Assembly (NCBI GenBank): GCA_000092065.1
Contig: CP000584.1
Source of the DNA: Ostreococcus lucimarinus
Taxonomy: Eukaryota
DNA length: 64,000 nt
Reading direction: 5' to 3' (one strand)
Both the position numbers and the translations under genes were made by a program. The notes under the pieces are model-generated. The model worked only from the letters and a program-made list of their open reading frames with translations, was not told the DNA's origin and ran no database searches. Below are positions 27,706-38,357 of this stretch, piece by piece; the first letter of the stretch is position 1; each line of letters starts with the position of its first letter.

Positions 27706-30357
27706 TTAATTCCAGCGCCCTGCGTTCTTCTTTGCTTTCGCCGCGCCGCTTCCTGACGAGAAGTTCTTCGCCTTTTCCTTCTTCAATCGTGCCTTTTCTG
27801 CCTTGCTCATCTTCGATTTCGAAACAATTTGATCTTGCTGGACTTTTTTCTTCTTAGACTCGAGCGCGGCGTCCCGAGCACCCGCCGTGTCGTTCTTTTC
27901 TAAGAAGTATGCGTAATCGCCGGCGTAATCGGTAATCGCACCTTCGTCAAAAGCCAATACGCGCGTGGCAATTTGCCGCAAAAAGTAACGATCGTGCGAA
28001 ATGGCGATGACGGTGCCGTCGAACCGGCGAATCGCGTTTTCAAGCATTTCCTTACTCGGAATATCCAAGTGATTCGTTGGCTCGTCGAGCAAAAGCACAT
28101 TTGCTGGCGTCACCATAAACTTGGCGAGCGCCAGGCGCGCCTTTTCTCCTCCAGACAGAAATTTGACGGGCTTCTCGTGAAACGGCGTGCTGAACGCCAT
28201 TTGACCGAGCAATGCTTTCAAGTCGTTCAACTGCGCGTCCGGTGCCGCTTCGACGAGGGTTTGTAGTACACCCTTGTTCCTGTCTAAGCCTTCGGCTTGG
28301 TTTTGGTAAAAGTAGTTGACCTTGCATAAATCAGAGTCGCCAATTTGGGCGACACCCGAAATCGGTGTCTCGCGTCCTTGAATCAATCGCATGAGAGTTG
28401 ATTTTCCGCACCCGTTATCACCGATCATGGCCACACGCTCGCCGCGCGTGATTTCAAGAGATGTGTTTTTGAAGAGCGTCTTTTCATCGTACCCGTGAGT
28501 AACGTTTTCGACGCGCGCGACAATTTGCGAGCTTCTCTGACAGTCGGGGAAGAAGAATCGACGTCTCTTTGCTATCCACGGCTTTTCAACTGCTTCTTCT
28601 TGAAGCTTATCGAGAGCTTTCTGTGCCGCAGTCGCTCGACCGGATTGCCCGCCGCCCGCCAAACGCGAAATCATATCGCGTTGGCGCTGCACTTCCTTTT
28701 GCCATTTTTCGTACGCCACCATCTGTTGCGCGCCTCTGCTTTCTTTCTCGGCGCAGTACTGCGAATAGTTACCTTTGTAAGTCGTCGCTTTGCCGCGCTC
28801 AATTTCAACAGTCTTTGTGCACAGTTGATCCAAGAATTCGCGATCGTGCGAGACGATGACCATCGGGACGTCGAGCGACTTCAAGTAAGTTTCGAGCCAT
28901 TGAATGGTGTCCAGATCGAGATGATTTGTCGGTTCGTCGAAAAGTAAAAGCCCGGGCTCTTGGAGTAAAATTTTACCGAGCGAAATACGCATCTGCCAGC
29001 CACCGCTGAAAGAGGCAACGAGGCGATCGTTGTCTTCGGGCACGAAGCCAAGCTCTGGCATGATTTTATCAATCGCACGCTCCATCTTGAACAAGTCCAG
29101 ACGATCGGCCTGGCGTTGTAAATCAGAAAGCTTGTCCACTAAGAGTTGAACGAGCTCCATTCCTGGATTGTTTTCGAGTTCTTTGTTGATGCGTTCGATG
29201 TCAGCCATGATTTTAGTTTCGTCGCCGTAACTCGCCATGAATTCTTCGCGAACCGTGTTGGATTCTTTGACCTCAAACTCTTGCGTCAGGTAACCAATCT
29301 TCACACCATCCGCGAGCATGATTTCACCTTCGTCTGCTTCCATCTCACCAGTGATGATGCGCAATTGCGTCGTCTTACCCGCACCGTTCCAGCCGACTAA
29401 TCCGACGCGCTCGCCCTTTTTACAATCCCAGTTCACGCCGTCCAAGATTGGCATATTCTTGAACGTCTTACGAACGTTTTCCAATCGTACGCCCGTAGTG
29501 ACGGACCCAGAGCTACGTCTCACCGATGGTTTGGCGTCTTTCGCGAAGATGTCGCGCAGGTACGCAGGAATCGGGTTCCCGTCGTCCTCGGGCGTTTCCT
29601 CGGGTTCGCTCCAATCGATGGCTGGTCCGATGTACTCGCCATCTTCATCAAACATCGGCTTCACCTCCTCCGTCTCGTCGGCGGTCGCTTCGACCGGCGC
29701 GGTCGCCGCCGCCGGCACGGGCGCGGGCTCGGGCGCGGGCGCCTTCTTCGCGACGACGGGTTCGGGTTCGGGTTCGGGCTCCGGCTCGAGCTCCGGCTCC
29801 GGCTCCGGCTCCGGCTCGGGCTCCGGCTCGGGCTCCGGCTCCGGCTCCGGCGCCTTCTTCGCCACCACCGGTTCCGGCACCGGCGCCGGCGCCTCCTCCG
29901 CCACCGCTTCCTTCGCCTCCGGTTCCTCCTCCTTCGGCACCGGCGGCGGCACGAACGCCGGTTTCGTCCGTCCCTTCTTTTTATTCTTCTTCGGCTTGAC
30001 GAATTCTTCGTTTTCCCAGTCGTTCACCGCCGCGCCCGCGTCGTCCGCCGCCGCCGCCGCGCCTCCCGCGCCCGCCGCGCTCGCGTTCCCCCCCTCGCGC
30101 TTCGCCGCCGCCGCCGACGCCCTCGGCGTCGCCGCCGACGCCGACGCCGCCTGCGTCTGCTTCTTGGGCACCTTTTTATTCTTCTTCGCCTTCCCCGCGG
30201 GCACGAAATCGTCGTTCATCCAATCCAAACTCTCCCCGCCCGCGCCGGTCGCGTTCGCGCGCGAGGGTCGCCTCGCCGTCGTCCCGCGCGTCGTCCGTCC
30301 CGCGCGCGCGCGAGCGCGACCGGTGATCGCGCGACGCGCGATCGCGCGCGACGCCAT
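27706..30357 (-). CDS. ABC-F family soluble ATPase (two ABC cassettes, no transmembrane domain) with an N-terminal extension containing a (PE)n repeat.
   Basis: Two nucleotide-binding domains are present. The first pair of motifs is GERVGLVGWNGAGKTT and LSGGWQMRISLGKILLQEPGLLLFDEPTNHLD. The second pair is GERVAMIGDNGCGKST and LSGGEKARLALAKFMVTPANVLLLDEPTNHLD. No TM helices. The N-terminal extension is Lys-rich and carries PEPEPEPEPEPEPEPEPELEPEPEPEPEP. The chosen ATG at 30357 (cat at 30355-30357) gives an MASRAIARRAITGRARARAG presequence. Alternative starts are the ATG at 30450 and the TTG at 30465. Confidence 0.8.
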   Translation of the reverse strand: MASRAIARRAITGRARARAGRTTRGTTARRPSRANATGAGGESLDWMNDDFVPAGKAKKNKKVPKKQTQAASASAATPRASAAAAKREGGNASAAGAGGAAAAADDAGAAVNDWENEEFVKPKKNKKKGRTKPAFVPPPVPKEEEPEAKEAVAEEAPAPVPEPVVAKKAPEPEPEPEPEPEPEPEPEPELEPEPEPEPEPVVAKKAPAPEPAPVPAAATAPVEATADETEEVKPMFDEDGEYIGPAIDWSEPEETPEDDGNPIPAYLRDIFAKDAKPSVRRSSGSVTTGVRLENVRKTFKNMPILDGVNWDCKKGERVGLVGWNGAGKTTQLRIITGEMEADEGEIMLADGVKIGYLTQEFEVKESNTVREEFMASYGDETKIMADIERINKELENNPGMELVQLLVDKLSDLQRQADRLDLFKMERAIDKIMPELGFVPEDNDRLVASFSGGWQMRISLGKILLQEPGLLLFDEPTNHLDLDTIQWLETYLKSLDVPMVIVSHDREFLDQLCTKTVEIERGKATTYKGNYSQYCAEKESRGAQQMVAYEKWQKEVQRQRDMISRLAGGGQSGRATAAQKALDKLQEEAVEKPWIAKRRRFFFPDCQRSSQIVARVENVTHGYDEKTLFKNTSLEITRGERVAMIGDNGCGKSTLMRLIQGRETPISGVAQIGDSDLCKVNYFYQNQAEGLDRNKGVLQTLVEAAPDAQLNDLKALLGQMAFSTPFHEKPVKFLSGGEKARLALAKFMVTPANVLLLDEPTNHLDIPSKEMLENAIRRFDGTVIAISHDRYFLRQIATRVLAFDEGAITDYAGDYAYFLEKNDTAGARDAALESKKKKVQQDQIVSKSKMSKAEKARLKKEKAKNFSSGSGAAKAKKNAGRWN
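29757..29856. repeat. Hexanucleotide microsatellite (GGCTCC/GGAGCC)n, about 16 units, inside the ABCF coding sequence. It encodes (PE)n.
   Basis: The plus strand reads ggttcgggttcgggttcgggctccggctcgagctccggctccggctccggctccggctcgggctccggctcgggctccggctccggctccgg. On the minus strand this translates to PEPEPEPEPEPEPEPEPELEPEPEPEPEP. Confidence 0.8.
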
Positions 30358-30450
30358 GGCGGTCGCGTCGCCGCGCGTCGCGCGCGTCCGTCGTCGCGCG
30401 TCGCGCTGTGCGCCGCCGGGACGCCGGGACGCGACCCGAATGGTTTTCAT

Positions 30451-30460
30451 ATATATATAG
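30451..30460 (-). promoter_or_regulatory. TATATATATA element in the 5' region of the ABCF gene.
   Basis: This is the only perfect (TA)5 run in the window. On the plus strand it reads atatatatag. It directly abuts the upstream in-frame ATG at 30450 and lies about 95 nt upstream of the preferred ATG at 30357. Confidence 0.3.
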
Positions 30461-30685
30461 CGCAATTGGAGGTACTATACGTTATCAGTGTGTATATAAA
30501 GACGGTACGTCTACCCATGGACCGTATCCGAACGCACATCGCGACGCGCGCGGCGCGCGGTGGGCGGCGTGGGTGGTGCAATTCGCGCGCTTAAATAGGT
30601 TACAACACGTTTGTACTGTACAACAACAACGAGAACAACGACAAGAACGACAACGCGGGTCGGCGTCGTCGTCGTCGAGGAACGC

Positions 30686-32368
30686 TCATCGCGGCTTCGT
30701 CGTCTCGTCTTTCGAAACCTTCGCGTCGACGTCGACGAAGTCGACGTCCACGCTCGGTAAATCGTCATAGTAAACCGCGCACTCGAATGGCGTGACGTAG
30801 AGTGGAGACTCGTCGTCCTTGAAATAACGCCAACCGAGCGTGGCGGCTCGACCGAACATCAAAGTCGCCATCCCCAGCCACACCGACGTGAGCGAAGCGC
30901 CTTCCATTTGCCCAGCCGCCGTCAGCGCTAAGATGCCCCCTCCCGCGGAAATAGCCATGGCTTTGGCGAGGAAGTCGAAATCCGCGCTTCCTTGAAACAC
31001 GCCGTCGCCGACGAAAACCGCGGAGTTGAGCGGCTGCAAGAGGGATAAGATGCGTATCGGCGTCGCCGCTTGCGCGGCGATTTCGGCGTCGTTGGTGAAT
31101 ATATACGGCAACTGATCGGCGGACAAGAACACGACGACGCCGACGAGAACGCCCGCGCCGACGCCCCAGCTCAGCGCTCGATCGGCAGCGATGCGCGCGC
31201 CGGGAACGTCATTTTTCCCGAGACTCGCAGCAACCAACGCCTGCGCGCTCACGGCGACAGAGTCCAAGCCAAACAGCGTGACCCACCACGCCTGCAAACA
31301 CACTTGATGCGCGCCCGCGGCGCCGAGCATCGCCGCCGTCGACGTGGCGCGAACGAGTACGGTTTGTAAAAGCACCGTTCGCGCGAGCTGCGACGTCGAT
31401 CCGCTGACGAGCGTACCCAAGTCGTCGTTGGACTCGTCTGGCAGACGAAAGACGGATTGAAAATCTAAAATCTCCTCATCCATCATGAGCTTCCAAAACC
31501 AAATCGCGCCGACCCATTCCGCTACCGTCGTCGCCGTCGCCGCGCCGGCGACGTCGAACGCCGGGAACGGGCCGATGCCGTAAATGAGAAACGGATCCAA
31601 GCCGAGGTGGAAAATTTCCGTGACGACGGCGACGTAGAGCGGCGTCCGCGTGTCCAACAACCCGCGAAACGCGCCGACGCCCACCATGACGATCAAGCAC
31701 GCGGGCAAAGACGCGGCGCGAATTCGCAAGTAATCCTCCCCGTACTCCAACATCCCCTTTATCGTCGGCACGTCGGCGTCGGGAAGCAAATCTTCGCTCG
31801 GGTTGAGCAACGCCTCGTGACTCGCCCCGCAAAACGCCAATAAATCATCCGTGAAAACCTCCATGATCCCCATCGTCGCGAACCCGAGCGCGAGCGCGAG
31901 CGCCATCGCGCTCCCGACCGTCTTCTTCGCCGCCCGCCGCCCCTCCGCCGAATCCCGCCCCCCGCTCGCCGATATTTTCGCCGCCACGAGCGGTCCCGTG
32001 ACGACGGCTAAAAAGTTAAACAACTTGAAGCAAAACGTAAAGCACGTCGTGCTCACCGCCAACCCCCCCAGCGCCTCCGCCGCGCCGTCTCCCGTCAGCC
32101 TTCCGATGAACGCCGTGTCCACCGCGCCCATGACCGGATCCAACAGCAGCTCCGCCACGCCCGGCAGCGCGAGCGCGAAAATCGACGCGTCCAGCAGCTC
32201 GAGCGTCTCCGCGCTCGGCGGCGCCCGCGCCCGCCACTCCGCGCACTCGTCCCAGTCCGGAATCGCTTCCCCGGTCGCTCGATCGACGCCCAGGATCGTG
32301 CGCCGCGCCCGCGTCCGCGCGTCGCGCGCCGTCGCGTCGTCGGTCGCGCGCGGTCGGGCCGTCGGCAT
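30686..32368 (-). CDS. MATE transporter of the DTX44/45/EDS5-like (plastid-type) clade.
   Basis: ATG at 32368 (cat at 32366-32368); the track ORF continues as Arg-rich sequence up to 33136 and that part is excluded. The presequence is MPTARPRATDDATARDARTRARR. The segment LELLDASIFALALPGVAELLLDPVMGAVDTAFIGRLTG...FNFLAVVTGPLVAAKISA matches EDS5/DTX45 ELIALSLPAILGQAIDPL..METAYVGRLG. About 12 TM helices are predicted. Confidence 0.75.
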   Translation of the reverse strand: MPTARPRATDDATARDARTRARRTILGVDRATGEAIPDWDECAEWRARAPPSAETLELLDASIFALALPGVAELLLDPVMGAVDTAFIGRLTGDGAAEALGGLAVSTTCFTFCFKLFNFLAVVTGPLVAAKISASGGRDSAEGRRAAKKTVGSAMALALALGFATMGIMEVFTDDLLAFCGASHEALLNPSEDLLPDADVPTIKGMLEYGEDYLRIRAASLPACLIVMVGVGAFRGLLDTRTPLYVAVVTEIFHLGLDPFLIYGIGPFPAFDVAGAATATTVAEWVGAIWFWKLMMDEEILDFQSVFRLPDESNDDLGTLVSGSTSQLARTVLLQTVLVRATSTAAMLGAAGAHQVCLQAWWVTLFGLDSVAVSAQALVAASLGKNDVPGARIAADRALSWGVGAGVLVGVVVFLSADQLPYIFTNDAEIAAQAATPIRILSLLQPLNSAVFVGDGVFQGSADFDFLAKAMAISAGGGILALTAAGQMEGASLTSVWLGMATLMFGRAATLGWRYFKDDESPLYVTPFECAVYYDDLPSVDVDFVDVDAKVSKDETTKPR

Positions 32369-32750
32369 CGCGCGTCGGCGTCGCGCCGCGCGCCCGCGCG
32401 TCGCCCGCGCGACGCCGCGACGCGTCGACGGCGTCGCCCGCATCGCCCTCGGCGTCGTCGTCGCGCGCGTCGTCGCGCGCGCGCGTCTGCGCGACGCGCG
32501 CGCGCGATCGCGCGATCGGTCGGTCGGTCGGTCGCGCGGTCGGTCGCCGCACCGCCGCACCGATTTATTTTTTATACTAAAAAGTACATACCACAAACGA
32601 TATCGCGAATACGATACCCGTCGATCGGACGCATCGACGGGTCGTGACTCAGAAACAGGGGGACTCCCGCGCGCGCGCGCGCCGGGCCGACGCCGCGCGC
32701 CGACGCCGCGCGACGACGCACCGCGGCGCGCGCGCGAGCGACCGCGCCGC

Positions 32751-35700
32751 ATGTCGGACGTCGCGGCGCGATGCGCGGACGCCCTCGAGCGCGCCGCGCG
32801 CGGCGCCGAGGGCGCGCGCGCGCGCGCGGAGGCGGTCGAACTCGCGCGGGAGGTGCGACGCGACGACGCGACGCGACGAGACGCGACGACGACGCGACGA
32901 CGACGCGCGACGCGACGCGATCGGTGACTGACGATGGATCGATGACGCGCGATGGCGATGCGAAGCTGAAAACGGGCGACGCGCGACGAGCGATGGAGGC
33001 GTGTCGATCGCTGTGCGCGCGGGGACGCGGGCTCGAGGCGCGACACTTCGGCTTCGGCGTGCTGCGGGACGTGGCGCGGACGCGCTGGCGAGGGCTGACG
33101 GCGGAGGAGCGGATGGAGATGGCGAGCTTGGCGCACGGGATGCTGCTGGAGGTGAGCGCGGGAGACGCGGCGGAGGCGTACGCGGTGAAATCAAAGGCGG
33201 CGACGCTCGTGGCGGAGACGGTGCGGCAGGAGGGCGCGAGTCTGTGGACGAGGTTGGTGCCGGATTTGGTGAGCATGACGACGGGGGACGAGGCGCAGAG
33301 GGCGGAGATGGGGGTGAACGTCATACGGTACGTCGCGGAGGACGTGGCGGTGTATAACGAGGACATGATAGGTGGGAAGATGCGAGAGTTGTTGGGCGGG
33401 TTGTCGAGCACGGTGGGGACGATTTTGCCGGCGATTTACGCGCTGATGGAGAAGCATTACACCAAGGCGACCGCGGCGACGGATCGCGAGGTGGCGAAAA
33501 GGCACGCCGCGGCGGTGAATGCGGCGCTCGGGGCGGCTGCGGTGTACAGCGAGTGGGCTCCGTTGGCGCCAATCATGCGGAGCGGTTTGATCGAGGCGTG
33601 TGGGATGCTCTTGGTGCGTCTAGTTTTCTTCGCGCGCGCGTCTTTTTTTTCTTCGTCCAACACACGAACACGCACGACGCCGATGATGATAATCCAATAA
33701 GGATCAACCATCCGAACATCCCTATGTGGAATTTTTGCTAGTACTGTCCGAGGCGCGCGTGAACGACAAAGCGCCGGTGTGTTTGTTTTTTTTTGACTCT
33801 CGACTGACTCGCGCCGGACGTCACGAACCGCAGGCGAGCGATGAATTTCGTTGCGCGGCGTGCGATGCTTTGAGACACGTCGTCGCTCGCCGTGCCAACG
33901 TCGCGCAAGGCGTGGACGAGCAAGATGATCAGGATATCATCAAGGGTTTGACGCTCGCGGCGAACGCGATGTCCACGGCGGCGGAACGCGTGATTTCGCA
34001 CCCGAACCAAGCCGATCTCGTGAGCGATCCAGAAGAAGTCATGTTCATCAAGAGACTGGGTGAGACGATGGCATCGATGGCGGGGTACCATCTCAGCACG
34101 ATCACGGACGAGAGCACGCGTAACGTGTTCCTCGAGCGATTGATGGGGCTGTCGCGATTTCCTAGTTTGGAGGTTTTGGACGTCGTTATCGGCGCGTGGC
34201 CGGTGATGCTCCGCGCCATGGGTGCCGAGCTTCCCAAGACGTTCGTGCGAGGACCACCGTCGCAAGGAGTTAATAATCCATACAACGCGCAAAAGCTCGA
34301 GCCGAACGGGATTCTTCCCATGGGCGCTCCCGAGGTTTTGCTCGAAATCTCGCGCGTGTGGCTCAACGCCGGCGCGGGCATCGCCTCTGGGTTTGACACC
34401 AATGGTATTCCGGGTAATAAAGCGGAAGATTGGGCCGATGAATTCGAAAGCGTGGTAGAGCTTCGCGAGACGTGGGTGCAGCTTCGGGCGAAATGGATGG
34501 ACATCACCAAGTTGTGCACGGCGTTGTGTCCGAGCAGCGCGGCGAATCAAGCGTCGCAAAACACGCTGATGGTGATTTCGTGGACGCAACCAGGCGGACC
34601 TTTGGCGAATAGCTCGGATGAAACGAAATGCGCGGCTCTGGAGGGTGCGACGTCGTTTTTAGAAGCCATCATGGTCGCTCTTCCGACCGAGGGTCCGTCG
34701 TTTATGGGCTTCGCTAGCACGTTGGAGGCGCTCCTCGGCCAGCTCGTGGCGATTGACTTCAAGGCGCCGCTGAGCAACGCGCAGGTGTCCAAATTGCTCG
34801 AAACGTTCGGCAAGTTTGCCCGGGCGCGTCCAGAAGTGGCTCTGACGATAATGAGTCGACTTTTTACGATTTTGAATGAATTGCCCGCCGACGTACAATC
34901 TGGAGCGCCGCCGGTGCGGCAGCGCGACATCGTCGCGAGCGGGCGCACGGGCCAGGCGGCGAGACAAAAAGTGTGCGCGGCGATTCTCATAGTTTGTTCA
35001 GCGGCCCCAACGGTACGTCAATCGATGCGCTCGACTGATTTTCGACACCAAAGCGCCTCTTAGAAAACTTGACGAGCCTTTTCACTCGTTTCGATTTATG
35101 CTGGGGCGCGAAATAAATTCGCGAACGCGGCTCGAGCGCAGCCTCTTCGGCGGCTTCTCTTCGATTCGTGGTCGCCACATATTTTTGACGCGCGCGATTC
35201 GAGATTACATCGACTGACGGACAACGCGAACGTGTTTCACATCACGGCAACAGGCTTTGAACCCACATCTGGAGGCTTTTGCCTCTCAAATCGAAACCAT
35301 GAAATCTTCCGGACGACTGAGCGGCGCCGAGCGAGGTTCGCTCGCCGAGGCGCTCCTCGCGGTTGCTGGGCCGTCCGGCGCGCAGCGCGTGCGCGAAGTT
35401 CTCGAGTGGCTGCTGTCATCCGTCCGAAATAGATGGGTTCCTGGGGGTGCGCTCTCGCCAGAGGTTGAGCATCTGTTGGCCATTTCTACGATGGCGGCGG
35501 GCGAAGCCGCCGGCGGAACGCAAGGCTTGTCGTCGGCGCACTGGGAGCTGTTTCACGACGTACAACTCACCGAGCGTTGTCTTCGACGGAGTTTGGGTGA
35601 TGCGGAAACAGCTAAAGTACCGACAGGTTTGATGAAGCCCGTGGACCCACCGCCACCGATATCGGAATGTCCGGCAGTGGATCATATGGAATGGGCCGTC

Positions 35701-37044
35701 TCGCTCGTCTCGTGCTTGGCGCGAAGAATTCACTCGTACTGGACTCCGCAAGGGAGCGCGGCGATGCACAGTTGCCAATTAGGCGCGGCGCTTGGAATGA
35801 GCCCCGAAGAGAAGGCGGCGTATTTGATTCACGGTCCGGCGCGAACGCAAGTTCTCAACGAGGAAGAACCCGGGACGAGCACGACGGCGAGCGCGTCTCG
35901 CGATTGGATGCGATGCCTGCGCGATTGCTCGTACTCGGTCTTCGCGTTGTTCAGCATTCACGCTCCCGCGGCATTTTACCCGAACCAAGCCTTAGCGAGC
36001 GCGTGTGGTGGGTCTATGTTAGCTGATCTGCCGTACATGGAGCTCAGGCACGTTCGTCAAGTCGTGCACGCGGCGGTGCGACCGATCATGGGGCGGTGTC
36101 CGGCGGCGCATCGCGCGATGTGGCAGACGGCGCTCGTGAACCCGCTGTGCGCGGCGCTGCACGACCGCCTCGCCAAGGAATGGGCGAACACGCGCGTGGT
36201 GAACGCGACCAAGGCGCAAGAAAGAGGAGATGAAGACGACGAGACGGATGGCGTCGAGGTGAATGATTTGATTTCTGAACGAATTCTTCGCGACATCACG
36301 CGGGACCACTGCGCGATGCTCGCCATCGTCGCGGCTCCCGAAGGCACGTTCGGGCGCAAGACCAAAGGGAGTGGGTTGACTGGTGTCATGGGTGATATGT
36401 CAAACACGCTATTAGGGACATCGTACGCCGGAGGGAAACACATATTGGATTGGATCGCGCACGGTGACGCTAACGCGATTCGCGCCGGCATCGCCACGGG
36501 GGCCGCCGCGCTCACGTGGGAAGACGCGGAATCCACCGGCCACGCCGTGAACTTTGTGCGCGGGCTGTGTGCCGCCGCCGGGAGCGCGAACGCACCGCAA
36601 GCGTTGCGAGACAACGTCGGTTCAGATGTCTTCCAAGCCACCCTCGTGGCGCTGACGCAAAGCTCCAACGCCGCGCACCAAGCCGACATTCTCGGCTTGA
36701 TTCGCGACATCATCATTTGGCTCACCCCGAAGACGCAATCCGTGGTACAAATCTTGATGAGTCTTCCCGGAATGACGCAGCAAGCCCTCGATTCATGCGT
36801 GCGAGAGCTCGGTGCCATGCGAAGCGAGAAGAAAGCCGCTAATTTCGTCAAGGACTTCTTAATCAACGCCAGCGGAGGAGGAGAAGAGCTTCGCGCCCTC
36901 GTCGAGGCGCGTTCGCAAACCAACAAGAGCGGCGTCGCGATTCAAATACCGAAGACCGCCCCGCGAAATCCAGTGAAGCAATCGACGAGTCCGGACAATC
37001 ACGGTTTCTCCGCCGAGGCGGCGTCCAACGCGATCGGACTGTGA
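32751..37044 (+). CDS. XPO5: Exportin-5 / HASTY-like karyopherin, four exons: join(32751..32852, 32966..33613, 33834..35012, 35254..37044).
   Basis: Four track ORFs in different frames are connected by three introns. Intron 1 is 32853-32965 with a GTGCGA donor and a CTGAC branch near 32927. Intron 2 is 33614-33833 with GTGCGT and CTGAC near 33801. Intron 3 is 35013-35253 with GTACGT and CTGAC near 35213. All three are phase 0 with CAG acceptors. The spliced product is about 1239 aa, against 1204 aa for human XPO5. RHFGFGVLRDVARTRWRGLTAEERMEMASLAHGMLLEV aligns to XPO5 RHFGLQILEHVVKFRWNGMSRLEKVYLKNSVMELI. LIEACGMLL|ASDEFRCAACDALRHVVARR aligns to LLEILCLLL..LGAAECLLIAVSRKG. ATG at 32751. Confidence 0.75.
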
Positions 37045-37160
37045 GAACGTCCCGACGTTTCGTCCCGTCCCGCTCAGTCAACCGCCGTAGCGTTGTCGTA
37101 GACCCAACCGACTTAGACATCACTCTCGCGCGCGCCTCGATCGCTCGCCCGCGCGTAAAC

Positions 37161-38357
37161 ATGTGCGCCGCGCTCGACGCGTGCTCGACGTCCTACGCCA
37201 CCGGCGCGCGCGCGCCGCGCGCGCGTTCGCGCCGCCGCCAGCCGTCCTCTCGCGCCACCGCGCGCGCCTCGCGCGACGACGACGACGCGCCGAGGCGTCG
37301 GCACGCCCCGCCGCTTCCTCCGCTCGATCCTCGACCGCCGTTGATCACGCACTACGAAGCGCGGCGGTTGCTCGACGCGCGCGCGAACGGCGAGACGTCG
37401 TGCAAAGTCAGCTGGGATTTTCACTTTACGACGCCGAACGACGCGCGCGTGGACGCGCTCGGCGCGAGGGCGACGCTGGACGGCGACCGCGAGGTGTTCA
37501 TGGCTTGGGATGCGATCGAAACGATCGCGGGCGATGAGCGAGGGGTGTACGAGCCGGCCGATGAGGACGATTGGCTCGGAGGTGGGGCGCGCAAGGTGGT
37601 GACGTTTAGCGACGACACCGAACGAGCGGTTTCGTTGATGCCGAGCGGCGAGCGCACGTGGCCCACGGCGTTGATCGCGGGGTTTAGCATGCATAGGTTC
37701 GGCGTCGGCGTCGATCCGAAGGAAGACACGGAGAAAAAGTTGGGAGCGGTCGCGCCCATACGCAAGAATGCGCGATTGCTCGATATTTGCACGGGGTTGG
37801 CGTACACGTCGTGCATGGCGCACGCTCGAGGCGCCGACGTCACCACGATTGAACTCGATCGCACGATGACAAAGATGTGCAGAATGAACCCACATTCAAA
37901 AGCACTGTTTGAAGGCGAAATTGAGCAGTTGTACGGCAACGGTGCGGACGTCGTCAAGACGTTTGAAGACTCATGCTTTGACGTTATCATAACCGACCCG
38001 CCGACGTTTGCTCTCGCAGGCGAACTCTACTCTGCCGAATTCTACGCCGATCTCAAGCGCATCTTGCGCCCTAAAGGCAAACTGTACCACTATATTGGCG
38101 ATCCGAAGAGTGCGTCGGGTTCCGGCGTCGCCGCGGGCGTCGTCCGTCGTTTGAAGCAAGTCGGCTTTGACGCCGCCATCGACTACGACGCGCACGGCAT
38201 AGTCGCCGCCCACGACCGCGTTCGTCTCAACCGCACTTCCAAGGACAAGTCGCCGCGCAAGTCATCATCTAAATCTCGCGGTCGACGCGTCGACGACGCC
38301 TCCACGCGTCGTCCGCGCCGCGGTCGCCGTCCCGAGGACTTCGAAGACGACGAGTAG
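37161..38357 (+). CDS. Class-I SAM-dependent methyltransferase-fold protein with a spermidine-synthase (aminopropyltransferase)-like core and an N-terminal presequence.
   Basis: ATG at 37161; the upstream frame from 37041 overlaps the exportin stop. The core segment LLDICTGLAYTS...VTTIELDRTMTKMCRMNP...FDVIITDPPTFALAGELYSAEFYADLKRILRPKGKLYHYIG resembles PABS [32 protein letters not shown]. It lacks the canonical GGGDGG motif. The C-terminal tail is Lys/Arg-rich. Confidence 0.5.
   Translation: MCAALDACSTSYATGARAPRARSRRRQPSSRATARASRDDDDAPRRRHAPPLPPLDPRPPLITHYEARRLLDARANGETSCKVSWDFHFTTPNDARVDALGARATLDGDREVFMAWDAIETIAGDERGVYEPADEDDWLGGGARKVVTFSDDTERAVSLMPSGERTWPTALIAGFSMHRFGVGVDPKEDTEKKLGAVAPIRKNARLLDICTGLAYTSCMAHARGADVTTIELDRTMTKMCRMNPHSKALFEGEIEQLYGNGADVVKTFEDSCFDVIITDPPTFALAGELYSAEFYADLKRILRPKGKLYHYIGDPKSASGSGVAAGVVRRLKQVGFDAAIDYDAHGIVAAHDRVRLNRTSKDKSPRKSSSKSRGRRVDDASTRRPRRGRRPEDFEDDE

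Noticed and set aside
32771-33136. Possible overlap of the exportin 5' end with the 816-aa MATE track ORF on the opposite strand.
   Set aside because: The MATE ORF upstream of its ATG at 32368 is Arg-rich non-coding read-through. The real MATE CDS ends at 32368, leaving a 382-bp divergent promoter before the exportin ATG at 32751.
33601-33700. Phe/Ser/Thr-rich tail (LVRLVFFARASFFSSSNTRTRTTPMMIIQ) at the end of ORF 32771..33700.
   Set aside because: It is intronic read-through. It begins exactly at a GTGCGT donor, is AT-rich, and is removed in the exportin-5 model that restores homology to XPO5.
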